Part shown: positions 1-17,857 of the stretch, piece after piece
Layout of the letters: the number at the start of each line of letters is the position of its first letter
How positions within the stretch are numbered: the stretch's first letter is position 1
Source: Sphingomonas sp.
GTDB taxonomy: Bacteria; Pseudomonadota; Alphaproteobacteria; Sphingomonadales; Sphingomonadaceae
Length of the DNA stretch: 35,893 nucleotides
NCBI GenBank assembly: GCA_035714425.1
Contig: DASTLZ010000160.1
Coordinates: 1 to 35,893 of the forward strand
Direction: 5' to 3'
Translations under genes and position numbers: made by a program
Notes under the pieces: generated by a model
The model's input: only the letters and a program-made list of their open reading frames with translations
What the model was told of the DNA's origin: nothing
Database searches by the model: none

Positions 1-1131
1 CGGATCATCGACTTCGCGCTCTCCAACGCGATCAATTCGGGCATCCGCCGCATCGGCGTGGCGACGCAATACAAGGCGCACAGCCTGATCCGCCACCTCC
101 AGCGCGGCTGGAACTTCCTGCGCCCCGAACGCAACGAGAGCTTCGACATCCTCCCCGCCTCGCAACGCGTGTCGGAGACCCAGTGGTACGAAGGCACCGC
201 CGACGCGGTCTATCAGAACATCGACATCATCGAAAGCTATGCGCCCGAGTTCATGGTCATCCTGGCGGGCGATCATATCTACAAGATGGATTATGAGATC
301 ATGCTCCAGCGGCATTGCGAGACCGGCGCCGACGTGACGGTCGCGTGCATGGAGGTGCCGCGGATGGAGGCGGCCGGCTTCGGCGTGATGCACGTCGATG
401 CCGATGACCGGATCGTGGATTTCGTCGAAAAGCCCGCCGATCCGCCCGCGATTCCCGGCAACCCCGATATCGCGCTGGCGTCGCTCGGCATCTACGTCTT
501 CTCGACCAAGCTGCTGTTCGAACAATTGCGCCGCGACGCCGCGACGCCGGGATCGGACCGCGATTTCGGCAGGGATCTGATTCCCTATCTCGTCAGGCAC
601 GGCAAGGCGGTGGCGCACCGCTTCGGCGAGAGTTGCGTGCGCTCGGCCGAGGAACCCGGCGCCTATTGGCGCGACGTCGGCACGATCGACGCGTATTGGG
701 AGGCCAATATCGACCTCACCGACGTGGTGCCCGAACTCGACCTCTACGACCGCAGCTGGCCGCTGTGGACCTATTCGGAGATCACCCCGCCCGCCAAGTT
801 CGTCCACGACGTCGACGGCCGCCGCGGCTCGGCGGTCGCCAGCCTGGTGGCGGGCGACTGCATCATCTCGGGCGCGTCGATCCACCGCTCTTTGCTGTCC
901 ACCGGCACGCGCGCGCACAGTTTCGCGATGCTCGACGAAGCGGTGGTGCTGCCGCATTGCCACATCGGCCGCGGCGCCCGGCTGCGCCGCGTGGTGGTCG
1001 ATCGCGGCGTCGTGATCCCCGACGGGCTGGTGGTGGGCGACGACCCGGCCGTCGACGGCGAACGCTTCCGCCGCACGGCCAAGGGCGTGTGCCTGATTAC
1101 GCAACCGATGATCGACCGGCTGCGGGGATGA
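1..1131 (+). CDS. glgC: Glucose-1-phosphate adenylyltransferase (ADP-glucose pyrophosphorylase), 5'-truncated by the window edge
   Basis: Frame is open from base 1 ([25 protein letters not shown]). Motifs [26 protein letters not shown] and YWRDVGT; left-handed beta-helix-like C-terminus; upstream of glgA. Confidence 0.97.
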   Translation, partial: RIIDFALSNAINSGIRRIGVATQYKAHSLIRHLQRGWNFLRPERNESFDILPASQRVSETQWYEGTADAVYQNIDIIESYAPEFMVILAGDHIYKMDYEIMLQRHCETGADVTVACMEVPRMEAAGFGVMHVDADDRIVDFVEKPADPPAIPGNPDIALASLGIYVFSTKLLFEQLRRDAATPGSDRDFGRDLIPYLVRHGKAVAHRFGESCVRSAEEPGAYWRDVGTIDAYWEANIDLTDVVPELDLYDRSWPLWTYSEITPPAKFVHDVDGRRGSAVASLVAGDCIISGASIHRSLLSTGTRAHSFAMLDEAVVLPHCHIGRGARLRRVVVDRGVVIPDGLVVGDDPAVDGERFRRTAKGVCLITQPMIDRLRG

Positions 1132-1146
1132 GGGGGATCCCCCTTG

Positions 1147-1297
1147 TCCTCCCCGAGCTTGCTCGGGGAGGGGGACCGCCGCCGCCCTTGCGGCGGTGGT
1201 GGAGGGGCCGTCGCTGCAAGCGACGGTGGCCCGCCATGCCCCTCCACCACCAGCCTTCGGCTGGCGGTCCCCCTCCCCAAGCTTTGCTTGGGGAGGA
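1147..1297. repeat. Family A palindromic element, intergenic copy (151 bp)
   Basis: Terminal inverted repeats TCCTCCCC / GGGGAGGA; terminal hairpins CTCCCCGAGC-TT-GCTCGGGGAG and CTCCCCAAGC-TTT-GCTTGGGGAG; inner arms GGGGACCG/CGGTCCCC and GGTGGTGGAGGGG/CCCCTCCACCACC. Same layout at 4363 and 26249. Confidence 0.92.
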
Positions 1298-1304
1298 ATA
1301 GGAC

Positions 1305-6257
<4,953 letters not shown>

Positions 6258-6261
<4 letters not shown>

Positions 6262-7799
6262 TCGCCCGCCTTCTTCTGGGGATGTTGGCGACGCTCCTGC
6301 TGGCCGCATCGCCGCCGCCGCGCTCGCCCGCGCAGATCTTCGGCACGCTCTACCGCGACGTCGAGATGCGCGGCATTTTTCCGGACTCCAAGACCTTCGC
6401 CGACGCGACGCCTATGCGTCCCCCGGCCGCGATCCTGGCCGCATACCGCCGCTGCGACTGCCGAACCGACCGCCTGCTGCGCGCTTTCGTCACGTCGCAC
6501 TTCACCCTGCCCCCGGCGCCGGCCCCAATTGCGCAGGAAAGGCTGCCGCTTGCCGCGCACATCGACGCGCTCTGGCCGCAGCTCACCCGTACCTTGCCGA
6601 TCGTGCCGCCGGGTTCTTCCGCGCTGTCGCTGCCGCGCCCGTTCGTCGTTCCCGGCGGGCGTTTTCGCGAAATGTATTATTGGGACAGCTATTTCTCGAT
6701 GCTCGGCCTGCCCCCGGCCGGCCGGCAGCCGCTGGTCGAGGACATGATCGCGAACTTCGGCAGCCTTCTCGATCGCTATGGCCGTATCCCGAACGGCACC
6801 CGCAGCTATTATCTGAGCCGCTCGCAACCGCCCGTCTTCCATCTCATCGCGGGCCTGTCGAGGAACCCGCGCACGCTCACGCAGCGCACCCGCTGGATGC
6901 GGCTTGAACACGCCTTCTGGATGAACGGCGAACGGGGGCTGAAGCGCGGCGATCAGCACGCGCGCGTCGTGCGCCTTGACGATGGCGACGTGCTCAACCG
7001 CTATTGGGACGATCGCGACGATCCGCGCGACGAAAGCTATCGCGAGGACGCGATGCTCGCCGATGCGGTGCCATCGCGAGACCGGCGTCAGCTGTTCCGC
7101 GATCTACGGGCGGGCGCCGAGAGCGGCTGGGACTTTTCGTCACGCTGGCTCGGCAACGGCCGCACGCTGGCGACGATCCGCACGACGCGCATTGCGCCCG
7201 TCGATCTCAACAGCCTGCTCCACGGACTGGAAGCGGCGATCGCCGCCAATTGCCGCGTGCTTGGCGATACCGCCTGCGCGCGTACCTTCACCCTCCGTTC
7301 AGCGGCACGCGCCGAAGCCATCCGCCGGCACCTCTGGAACCCGGCCGGCTATTTCGCCGACTACGATCTGGACAGGCGCCGCGTGGCCGATGGCAGAACC
7401 GCCGCGATGGCCTTCCCCCTGTTCGCCGGTATCGCAACCTCCGATCAGGCGCGTTCCACCGCGCAAGCGCTCGCGCCGTTGATCGGCACCGGCGGCATAA
7501 GGACCACGCCGGTCGCGACCGGCCAGCAATGGGACGATCCCAACGGGTGGGCGCCGCTCCAATGGATCGCGGTAGAAGGCTTGCGTGCCTATCACGAGGA
7601 CGCGCGTGCCGACCGCATACGCGACGCATGGCTAACCACCGTGTCGCGCGAATATGCGGCCAGCGGCAAGTTGCTGGAAAAGTACGACGTCGCCGAACAG
7701 CGGCCCGGCGGCGGCGGCGAATACCCGCTTCAGGACGGCTTCGGATGGACAAACGGGGTCACGCGCGCGATGCTGTCGCAGAGCCACCGAACGCGGTGA
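6258..7799 (+). CDS. treA: Alpha,alpha-trehalase (GH37), with an N-terminal signal peptide
   Basis: DSKTFAD, PGGRFREMYYWDSY, YYLSRSQPP, AESGWDFS, QQWDDPNGWAP, EKY, GFGWTNG; hydrophobic N-terminus; ATGA overlap with glgX. Confidence 0.92.
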
Positions 7800-7809
7800 C
7801 GGAAGGCCA

Positions 7810-8877
7810 TCAGGAGATCGGCGCGGCCTGCCAGTCGATGCCGCTGCCGTAAGGGTGACAGATCGCCAGGCATTTGGTCCGCCCATCCGGCCAACAAGTG
7901 AGCAGCAGCCTCACCTCGCTGCGGCTCGCGGTCCATTCGAATCTTATCCACGCGAGCGGCCTTTGCGCCGATGCCGCCCGCCCGGCTTCCTCGATCGCGG
8001 CCACGACCCTCTTCCGATCGGCAACGCTCAGATATTGCAGCACCATCGAATGAAACACCGCGCGACATACGCGCGCCGGCTGCGGCGTGGCGAGTTGGTC
8101 GCGCAGCCAGGCGGTCGCATCGGCCCGGTCGATCCGGGGCGGAAATTGCTGCGCGATCGTCAGCGCCGCTTCCAGGCGGCGTGCGCGATCGGGTTGATCC
8201 GCGAAGACATAGGCCAGCAATCGCTCGCGCGTCGCCGCGTTCGCCGCATCGAGCGGGTTGAGGTCGACGCCCCGCGCGCCTACCACCTCGATCGGCGCAT
8301 TCGGCGGCGGCGGCCCGCGCCAACGCGGCCGGATCGTGACGTGTGAGCCTGGCTCTCCCGTCCGCACGCCCGCCAGATCATAGGCATATCGCGCCAGGTT
8401 GAGGTTCAGTCCGGCGCTCGACCCGAGTTCGAAAAGTTCGAACGGCAGCCCGAAGGCTTGCCGCGCGACCATCAGCGCCGCGACGATGGAGGCCGCGCGA
8501 CCGACTTCGTTGGTCTGCGGCGGATCGCGCATCCAGGCCGCGATGAACGCGTCCTCGGCCGCCATGACAGCACCGATCGTGCCGTCGAAATCGTCATGTC
8601 TGCGCCGAAGAAGAGCGCCGAGCGCGGTCGCCGGGTCACGCCGGGCGACCGCATGGATGGCCGCGTTGAAGCGCATCGCCAGCGCCGCCTCTGCACGGTC
8701 GCCGGGCCAGGATCGGACGAGCGCTGCGGTAAGCGGCGCACGATCGAGTTGCCGCTCGCCCGCTTCGAGGACGGCGGCCGCCAATGGCGATCCCAGGCCG
8801 CGGACGACCTTGGCCTGGCGGGAGAATTCCCCCTCATCGCGGGCTGGACGCGATACGGTATCTTCCATCATCAACAT
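7810..8877 (-). CDS. DUF2332 family protein; start probably 8877 (alternatives 8871, 8868)
   Basis: Motifs PPQTNEVGRAA, ELGSSAGLNL, GVDLNP and VFHSMVLQY, recognised as DUF2332-like. The ORF-track extension to 9072 overlaps the MCP gene and was not used. Confidence 0.8.
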   Translation of the reverse strand: MLMMEDTVSRPARDEGEFSRQAKVVRGLGSPLAAAVLEAGERQLDRAPLTAALVRSWPGDRAEAALAMRFNAAIHAVARRDPATALGALLRRRHDDFDGTIGAVMAAEDAFIAAWMRDPPQTNEVGRAASIVAALMVARQAFGLPFELFELGSSAGLNLNLARYAYDLAGVRTGEPGSHVTIRPRWRGPPPPNAPIEVVGARGVDLNPLDAANAATRERLLAYVFADQPDRARRLEAALTIAQQFPPRIDRADATAWLRDQLATPQPARVCRAVFHSMVLQYLSVADRKRVVAAIEEAGRAASAQRPLAWIRFEWTASRSEVRLLLTCWPDGRTKCLAICHPYGSGIDWQAAPIS

Positions 8878-8950
8878 CGCGTCGTGTTTTCCAGGAAGAA
8901 CGCACCATCCCTCGGGCGCCTGTACCACCGCAGGTAAAGCTGACGCGCGG

Positions 8951-10801
8951 TCAGAACGCCGTCCAGCCGTCGTCCGCACCGACCGGGGCTCGCACCAACG
9001 CGCGCACCTCGTCGCGCGGCAACGTCCTGGTCGGTCCCGAAAAGCGCGTCGACGCATGGCCCGGGCCACCACCAGCTGGATGGCCGGTATTGAACCGGCC
9101 GGCCTGTTCGGTAAGGCCGGTTACCTCGCCGGCCAGAGTCCGGGCGGCGGCCGAGGTTTCCTCGACCATCGCGGCATTCTGCTGCGTGGCCTGGTCCATC
9201 AGCCCGATTGCCGAGGAGATTTCGGTGATCGCCGCGGCCTGAGCCTGGTTGTCCGCCGCCATCGTGGCCAGCAGTTCATGCACCTGGCCGACGTCCCCCG
9301 AGATGTCGGCAAGCGCGCCGTCCACCTTCTGAACCGCGCCCACCGCAATGGCGATGTCGGTCTGCGTCACCGTCAGCTGGTTGCGTGCGCGTTTGGCCTC
9401 TTCCTCGGCGCGCATCGCGAGCGCCGAAACCAGATCGGCGACGACCGCAAAGCCGCGACCGGCGTCGCCTGCGCGGCCAGCCTCGACCGCCGCGTTCATT
9501 GCAAGGACGCGGGTCTGGAACGCGATCTTGTCGAGACCTTCGATGACCGAATCGATTCCCTTGGCGCTTTCGGACACCCGGCCCATGACCTGCACCGCCT
9601 CGTCGGCAATCGCGCGGCCGCCACCGATCGTCGCAATCGCCTCGTCGGCGCGCTGCACGGTGCGCGTGGCTGCCTGCGCCGACAGTCGCAGGCGCCCATC
9701 CATCTGCGTCACCGACGCCGCGGTCTCTTCCAGGCTTGCGGCGTTGCTCTCGGTGCGGCGCGCCAGATCCTCGGCCGCTTGGGCGATCTCGCCCGATCCG
9801 GTGCGGATGGAAACGGCGCTTTCGGTGACCGATCCGATCAACGCGCGCAGCTTGGTCAGCGCTTCGTTGAAATTGGCCTTGAGAGTCGCGTACCGGCCGG
9901 AGAACTCTTCGCTGATCGGCCTCGTCAGATCGCCGGCCGAAAGATCCGCCAGATGCGTCGACACGATCTCCACGACCTTGGTCTGCTCGGCATCCGCCTT
10001 GGCCTTGTCAGCGTCGTTCGCCTGTTTGGCGATCGCCGCCTCGCGAAACACCATCACGGCGCGCGCCATATCGCCCAGTTCGTCTCGGCGATCGACATGG
10101 GGCACATTTATGTCGTTCTTACCGGCGGCAAGATCAGCCATCGTCCGAGTCAGCGCAGTAACAGGCTTCGCAATGATCCGGCCGAGTAGCATGGCAAGCG
10201 TCACCGCGATGCCGATCAATGCGATACCGCCGACGATCAGCGTCGTCGTCGCCGTGCCGATCGCGCTGTCCTGACTGGCCGAGTTCTGCTCGATCAGCTT
10301 GGTCTCCGCGTCGCGCACCTCGCGCAGCGGCAGCGCGACCTTGCTGACCAGCACGGCCTTGCCCGCGCCGCGCACCGCCGCCTGCGCCTCTTCACGCCGT
10401 CCGTCGCGAACCCATTGGATCAGCCGGTCTCCCCAGTCCTTTCGCCACGCCAGCGTCTCGTTGCGCGACTCGACGACCAAAGCCCGCTTCGCCGGGTCGG
10501 TCAGCATCGCCTCCAGGTCGCGCGAGGTCGTGTCATATTCGTCGCGCGCCTCGCGATAGGATTTGAGGTACGTCTCGTCGCCGGTCACCAGAAAGCCACG
10601 AAACTGGCTGTTCTGCCGCAGGATGGATGTCTCCAGCGTCAGCGCCTTGGCATAGACCGACTGGCTGAAATTGTTGCCCGCGGTCGCGCTGCGGATGCTT
10701 GCGATGTTGGCATAGAACACCACCATCACGACCGCAGCCGACAGGCAGATCGCCAGAAAAGAAAGACCCAGCTTTTTTGGAATGTTCATTGCCCTGACCA
10801 T
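8951..10801 (-). CDS. Methyl-accepting chemotaxis protein (TM, CHASE3-like periplasmic domain, TM, HAMP, signalling domain)
   Basis: Signalling hairpin IAFQTRVLAMNAAVEAGRAGDAGRGFAVVA; HAMP RRDELGDMARA; RGFLVTGDETYL typical of CHASE3; C-terminal pentapeptide-like GWTAF. Start 10801 or 10789. Confidence 0.93.
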   Translation of the reverse strand: MVRAMNIPKKLGLSFLAICLSAAVVMVVFYANIASIRSATAGNNFSQSVYAKALTLETSILRQNSQFRGFLVTGDETYLKSYREARDEYDTTSRDLEAMLTDPAKRALVVESRNETLAWRKDWGDRLIQWVRDGRREEAQAAVRGAGKAVLVSKVALPLREVRDAETKLIEQNSASQDSAIGTATTTLIVGGIALIGIAVTLAMLLGRIIAKPVTALTRTMADLAAGKNDINVPHVDRRDELGDMARAVMVFREAAIAKQANDADKAKADAEQTKVVEIVSTHLADLSAGDLTRPISEEFSGRYATLKANFNEALTKLRALIGSVTESAVSIRTGSGEIAQAAEDLARRTESNAASLEETAASVTQMDGRLRLSAQAATRTVQRADEAIATIGGGRAIADEAVQVMGRVSESAKGIDSVIEGLDKIAFQTRVLAMNAAVEAGRAGDAGRGFAVVADLVSALAMRAEEEAKRARNQLTVTQTDIAIAVGAVQKVDGALADISGDVGQVHELLATMAADNQAQAAAITEISSAIGLMDQATQQNAAMVEETSAAARTLAGEVTGLTEQAGRFNTGHPAGGGPGHASTRFSGPTRTLPRDEVRALVRAPVGADDGWTAF

Positions 10802-11129
10802 CGTCACTGCCTTGTCGAAATCGAAATGGCGGGCGATGCGCGACGCCCGGCCGTGCCTCTTGCCACGCCACCGGTTATTATGTCGCTGCCCATGCCGATG
10901 GTGAGCACGCCAGCAGTGCCGCAGGGCACGAGTCCGTAAAGCTTCACACCAATGCCCCTTCAGGATGATACGCATCCCCCTAGGGTTATAGGACGTGAGA
11001 CGGCGTTTGGTCGTGGCCAGGCGGGGTTTTTGGCTCTGGTGCCCATCACCCTTCGGGTATGCCGCCGTGGTGGTGGGCTGATCTTCCGATCGCCGGGGGC
11101 CGACATCACAGCCGGTGCGTTGCTCCGCC

Positions 11130-11819
11130 ATGCTCGATACCCAAGGCAGCGAACGCAAGACCGATAGGGCGGAGGCTTTCAGCGACGCGGTGCTCGCGAT
11201 CGCGATCACCCTGCCGCTCGTCGACCTCAAATCTCCCGGGGTGGAAGTCGCCCGGCCGCTCGCTGCGCAATATGCCGCGCTTGAGCCTCACTACGCCGCT
11301 TACGGTCTCGGGTTCGTCGTCATTGGCCTCTATTGGGCCTATTCCCATTTCAGCGGCAAGTTGCTCGTGAAGACCGATCACGGGTTCAACCTGTTGACCC
11401 TGGTCTTCCTCGCGGCCGTCAGCCTCACGCCGTTGCCCGCGCGACCATTCGTCGAGCATCTGGGCGACGCTGGCGATGCTGCGACGGCGGCCAGCATCTA
11501 TGCGTGGATGCTCGCCGCGCCCGCGGTGTTATGGGCGGTACGCTGGTACTATGCCGTGCGCCGGGGACTCCTCAGCCCCCATCTCACGCCGGACTATATT
11601 CACGCGACCAATGTCAAATACACCGCGATCGCAGCGGCTTGCGTCGTCGGAGCGCTCATCGCCACGTTCGCCATGTGGCAGGCGGGCATCGCGATAGTCG
11701 GGCTCGTCACCTTGAGCTTCGCGCTCCCGCCGATGATGCCGCGTTACAAAGACGGCGAAGCCCCTGCCGACGACATCGAGGAGGCTGACGAACAGCATGC
11801 ACGCGAGCGCGACGTGTGA
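11130..11819 (+). CDS. TMEM175 (DUF1211) family membrane protein, putative K+ channel
   Basis: Signature RxxxFSDAVLAIAITL, YW-x2-H helix, about six hydrophobic segments. Confidence 0.85.
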   Translation: MLDTQGSERKTDRAEAFSDAVLAIAITLPLVDLKSPGVEVARPLAAQYAALEPHYAAYGLGFVVIGLYWAYSHFSGKLLVKTDHGFNLLTLVFLAAVSLTPLPARPFVEHLGDAGDAATAASIYAWMLAAPAVLWAVRWYYAVRRGLLSPHLTPDYIHATNVKYTAIAAACVVGALIATFAMWQAGIAIVGLVTLSFALPPMMPRYKDGEAPADDIEEADEQHARERDV

Positions 11820-11829
11820 CCGCGAGCGA

Positions 11830-12246
11830 TCAGCCCTCCGGCGGCTTGGGCGGACGTGCCAGGCCTTGTGCCCAACGCTCCAGTGCCGAGGCCGCCGCGC
11901 CGACCACGCGGGCAGCCTCGGGCGGAAGGTTGAGAGACGAGGCCTCGAACTTCGGCGCATAGCCTGCCCTGGTCTCAGACGGCTCCGGCGCAGTCGGCGG
12001 CACGGGCGGAACGGGAGGAACCGGCGCCTCGGCACTTGCGCCTCTTGCACCATCGCGGCCGGCGATGGCACCCGCTGCCGCGACCAATGCGCCGGCGATC
12101 ATCTGTCGCCCCGCCGGGGTGGCAACCTGCCGTGCAACCGTCGCCGCAATGCCTGCGAGTGCGGGCGGCATCTGGAAGCCGCTTCCCGTGCCGTTGTGCC
12201 GCCCGCCATCGGCCGCATGCTTAGCCTTTTTCTTCTTGCCCATCAC
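11830..12246 (-). CDS. Hypothetical protein (about 138 aa; Lys-rich N-terminus, Pro-rich linker)
   Basis: GGAGG ribosome-binding site before GTG/ATG; fills the gap between TMEM175 and uvrA without overlap. Confidence 0.7.
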   Translation of the reverse strand: MMGKKKKAKHAADGGRHNGTGSGFQMPPALAGIAATVARQVATPAGRQMIAGALVAAAGAIAGRDGARGASAEAPVPPVPPVPPTAPEPSETRAGYAPKFEASSLNLPPEAARVVGAAASALERWAQGLARPPKPPEG

Positions 12247-12364
12247 CGCCTCCGATCAGCCTATGACGTCGTGTATTAGAGAGATAAGACGCGAACAGGC
12301 GATGTCCACCCCCGCTGGCGCTATCACCGGCACATGCCTATCTGCGACACTGGCATCTATATAA

Positions 12365-12379
12365 GAACAGAAGTAGAAC
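12365..12379 (+). promoter_or_regulatory. Alphaproteobacterial LexA (SOS) box GAAC-N7-GAAC
   Basis: GAAC-AGAAGTA-GAAC, 7 nt before the uvrA ATG and just after an AT-rich TATATA -10-like sequence at 12358-12363. Confidence 0.88.
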
Positions 12380-12386
12380 CGCTCTC

Positions 12387-15260
<2,874 letters not shown>

Positions 15261-15370
15261 CATCACGCTGACGGATGCGTCGGCATTCGCTGAACGATGC
15301 GCCCGCGTGGCGATGCATCCGTTTTGCGCTTTCGCCTCAACACACTATGGCGAGCGCCTTGGAGGATTCT

Positions 15371-16423
15371 ATGACGGCCAAGGCGATCATTCCCATAATC
15401 CTGTCCGGCGGATCGGGGACACGGCTATGGCCGATGTCGCGGCCCGAAAAGCCCAAGCAGCTCCTTGCGCTCCACGCCGATGAAACGATGCTGCAACTCA
15501 CCGCGATGCGCACCGGCGGCGCGGCTTATGCCGCGCCGATCGTCGTCGCCAACGCCGTGCATGCCGACATGATCGACGCGCAACTGACCGATGTCGGCAT
15601 GGCGCCGCGATCGGTGATCCTGGAGCCTACCGGGCGCAACACCGCGCCCGCCATCGCGCTCGCCGCACTGGCGGCCGGCGGCGGCGAGGAAGCGTTGCTC
15701 GTCATGCCGTCGGATCACGTCATTGCCGATGTCGAGGCGTTCCACGCCGCGATCCGTGCCGCATTGCCGCTGGTATCGGACGGCTGGCTGGTCACTTTCG
15801 GGATCGCGCCCGACGCGCCGGAAGTCGGCTATGGCTGGATCAAGGTAGGCGATGCCATCGCGCCGGGCGTCCACCGCGTCGCGCGCTTCGTCGAAAAACC
15901 GCCGCTGGACGCGGCGCAGGCGATGCTGGCCAGCGGCGATCACGCATGGAACGGCGGTATCTTCTTGTTTCGCGCCGACATCTATCTAGGTGAACTCGCC
16001 GCCCACGGCCCTGCGATGCTGGTCGCTGCGCAGGACGCGATGCGCCAGGCGCGGCGCGACGGCAACCGCATCTACCCGGACGCGCACGCATTCTCCGCCT
16101 GCCCGTCCGAATCGATCGATTATGCCGTCATGGAGAAAGCGGACCGGGTCGCAGTCGTGCCGGTCGAAATGGGATGGAGCGATCTGGGCAGCTGGGATGC
16201 GCTGCACGCCATCGCCGATCACGACTCGGCGGGGAACGCGCACCGCGGCGACGTGATCGCGATCGGCACCCAAAACTGCCTGGTGCAGACCGACGGAGCG
16301 CGCATCGCAATGGTCGGCGTGTCGGACCTGATCGTTGTGGCCGCCGGCACCGACATCATGATCCTGCCGCGCGGCCGCAGTCAGGAAGTGAAGACGCTGC
16401 TCGCGGCTATGGCCAAGAAATAG
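15371..16423 (+). CDS. manC: Mannose-1-phosphate guanylyltransferase (no C-terminal isomerase cupin domain)
   Basis: ILSGGSGTRLWPMSR, PKQ, EPTGRNTAPA, FVEKP, SIDYAVMEK, WSDLGSW; GGAGGA at 15361-15366 places the start at 15371. Confidence 0.9.
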   Translation: MTAKAIIPIILSGGSGTRLWPMSRPEKPKQLLALHADETMLQLTAMRTGGAAYAAPIVVANAVHADMIDAQLTDVGMAPRSVILEPTGRNTAPAIALAALAAGGGEEALLVMPSDHVIADVEAFHAAIRAALPLVSDGWLVTFGIAPDAPEVGYGWIKVGDAIAPGVHRVARFVEKPPLDAAQAMLASGDHAWNGGIFLFRADIYLGELAAHGPAMLVAAQDAMRQARRDGNRIYPDAHAFSACPSESIDYAVMEKADRVAVVPVEMGWSDLGSWDALHAIADHDSAGNAHRGDVIAIGTQNCLVQTDGARIAMVGVSDLIVVAAGTDIMILPRGRSQEVKTLLAAMAKK

Positions 16424-16489
16424 CCGGCGGCTTCGTCAGACCTTCCATTCGTTTCGAGCGCATGCGAGAAACGCTCTCCGCTGGAGCGA

Positions 16490-17722
16490 TCAGCGCGGCG
16501 TCAGCCGCAACAGCTTACCCCCCGCACCCCGGCCGCCGTCTTCGAGCAGCCACACCGATCCGTCCGGCGCCTGCGCCACGTCGCGGATGCGCGTGCCCAT
16601 GTCGAATTGCTCGGCCGCCGTCGCACGGTCGCCGTCCACTTTCACGCGGATCAGCGCCTTGTCAGAAAGCGCCGCGATCAGCAGCGATCCGCGCCATGCC
16701 GGGAACATCGCGCCGGTATAGGCGATCATCCCGCCCGGCGACATCGCCGGGTTCCACCACGCCTTGGGCGCGGCCAGATCGGGGCGGCTCGGGTGGTCGG
16801 GGATCGGCTGGCCTGAATAATTGTCGCCGTTCGACACGGCCGGCCAGCCGTAATTGCGCCCCGGCTCGATCAGGTTCAGCTCGTCGCCGCCCTGCGGTCC
16901 CATTTCCTCTTCCCACAGCCGCCCGTCGGGCGTGAAGACCAGGCCGTAGGGATTGCGGTGGCCGGTCGACCACGTCATCGCTCGCACGCCGCCGGCCGCA
17001 TACATCGGATTGCCGGGCCACGCCTTGCCGTCCAGCGTCAGGCGGACGATCTTGCCCAGCAATTGCTCCGGGTCCTGCGCCGGGGTGAAGCGCTGCCGCT
17101 CGCCCGATGTCAGGAACAGGGATCGGCCGTCCGGCGCGAAGGCGATGGTCGCGCCGAATTGCCCGCCCGGCCCGTTGGAGCCGGATCGCCAGATGACGCT
17201 CAGGTCGCGCAGGGCAGGGGCGCCGGTCAGGTCCAGCCGCGCCTTGGCAAGCGCCAGCGCGCTCCCCTGGGCACCCGGTTCGGCGTAACTGAGGTACAAC
17301 GTGCCGCTCTGCGCGAAATTCGGTGCGACCGCCACGTCGAGCAAACCGCCCTGGCCCCCTGCGGCGACAGACGGCACGCCATTAACGGTAGCGACCGCAC
17401 CGTCCTTCGCGCGCAGTTTCAGGGCCCCGCCCTTCTCGGTCACCAGCAAGCGACCATCGGGCAGGAAGGCGAGGGCGAACGGTTCGCTGAAACTGCCGAT
17501 CGGCGTTACCTTGAAGGTGGGCGCGATGGCCGTCAGGTTGGCGCGGCCGGTGGTCGCGGGTACGTTCTTGATCGCGGCATCGAGCGGCGCGTTCTTGGGC
17601 ACCGGCTGCGATGCTTCTGCCGGCTGCGGCGGAAACACCGCGGCAGTGGGTGCGGGCTGCTCGGCGGAGCAAGCGGTGGCGAGCGCGATGGTCGCCGCGG
17701 TGGTGAGCATGATACGGATCAT
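16490..17722 (-). CDS. PQQ-dependent sugar dehydrogenase (YliI/GSDH family), probable lipoprotein
   Basis: GQGGLLDV, GHRNPYGL, GPQGGDELN, NYGWP, RIRDV; signal peptide ending LATA-C. Confidence 0.88.
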   Translation of the reverse strand: MIRIMLTTAATIALATACSAEQPAPTAAVFPPQPAEASQPVPKNAPLDAAIKNVPATTGRANLTAIAPTFKVTPIGSFSEPFALAFLPDGRLLVTEKGGALKLRAKDGAVATVNGVPSVAAGGQGGLLDVAVAPNFAQSGTLYLSYAEPGAQGSALALAKARLDLTGAPALRDLSVIWRSGSNGPGGQFGATIAFAPDGRSLFLTSGERQRFTPAQDPEQLLGKIVRLTLDGKAWPGNPMYAAGGVRAMTWSTGHRNPYGLVFTPDGRLWEEEMGPQGGDELNLIEPGRNYGWPAVSNGDNYSGQPIPDHPSRPDLAAPKAWWNPAMSPGGMIAYTGAMFPAWRGSLLIAALSDKALIRVKVDGDRATAAEQFDMGTRIRDVAQAPDGSVWLLEDGGRGAGGKLLRLTPR

Positions 17723-17760
17723 GATCGCCCAACGGCTATCGGGCAGGATGGTTGCGGCCC

Positions 17761-17789
17761 TTGTGCGGCGGCCCGGCGAGGCGTATAGG
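17761..17789 (+). promoter_or_regulatory. Putative sigma70 promoter of the rimP-nusA-infB operon
   Basis: TTGTGC-N17-TATAGG, followed by a GC-rich leader hairpin GCTGCGGGG-TCGG-CCCCGCGGC (17825-17846). Confidence 0.55.
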
Positions 17790-17857
17790 AACGCCACATT
17801 CTCTTACATCGTCAGGTGAAAGAGGCTGCGGGGTCGGCCCCGCGGCGCCACCTTCGC

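Noticed and set aside
10802-11129. Possible riboswitch or sigma54 promoter in the MCP-TMEM175 gap
   Set aside because: I could not find a convincing c-di-GMP aptamer or a GG-N10-GC promoter by eye; an Rfam search would be needed.
10802-11230. 143-codon N-terminal extension of the chemoreceptor in the ORF track
   Set aside because: It overlaps the TMEM175 gene, does not look like protein, and the first TM helix follows the ATG at 10801/10789.
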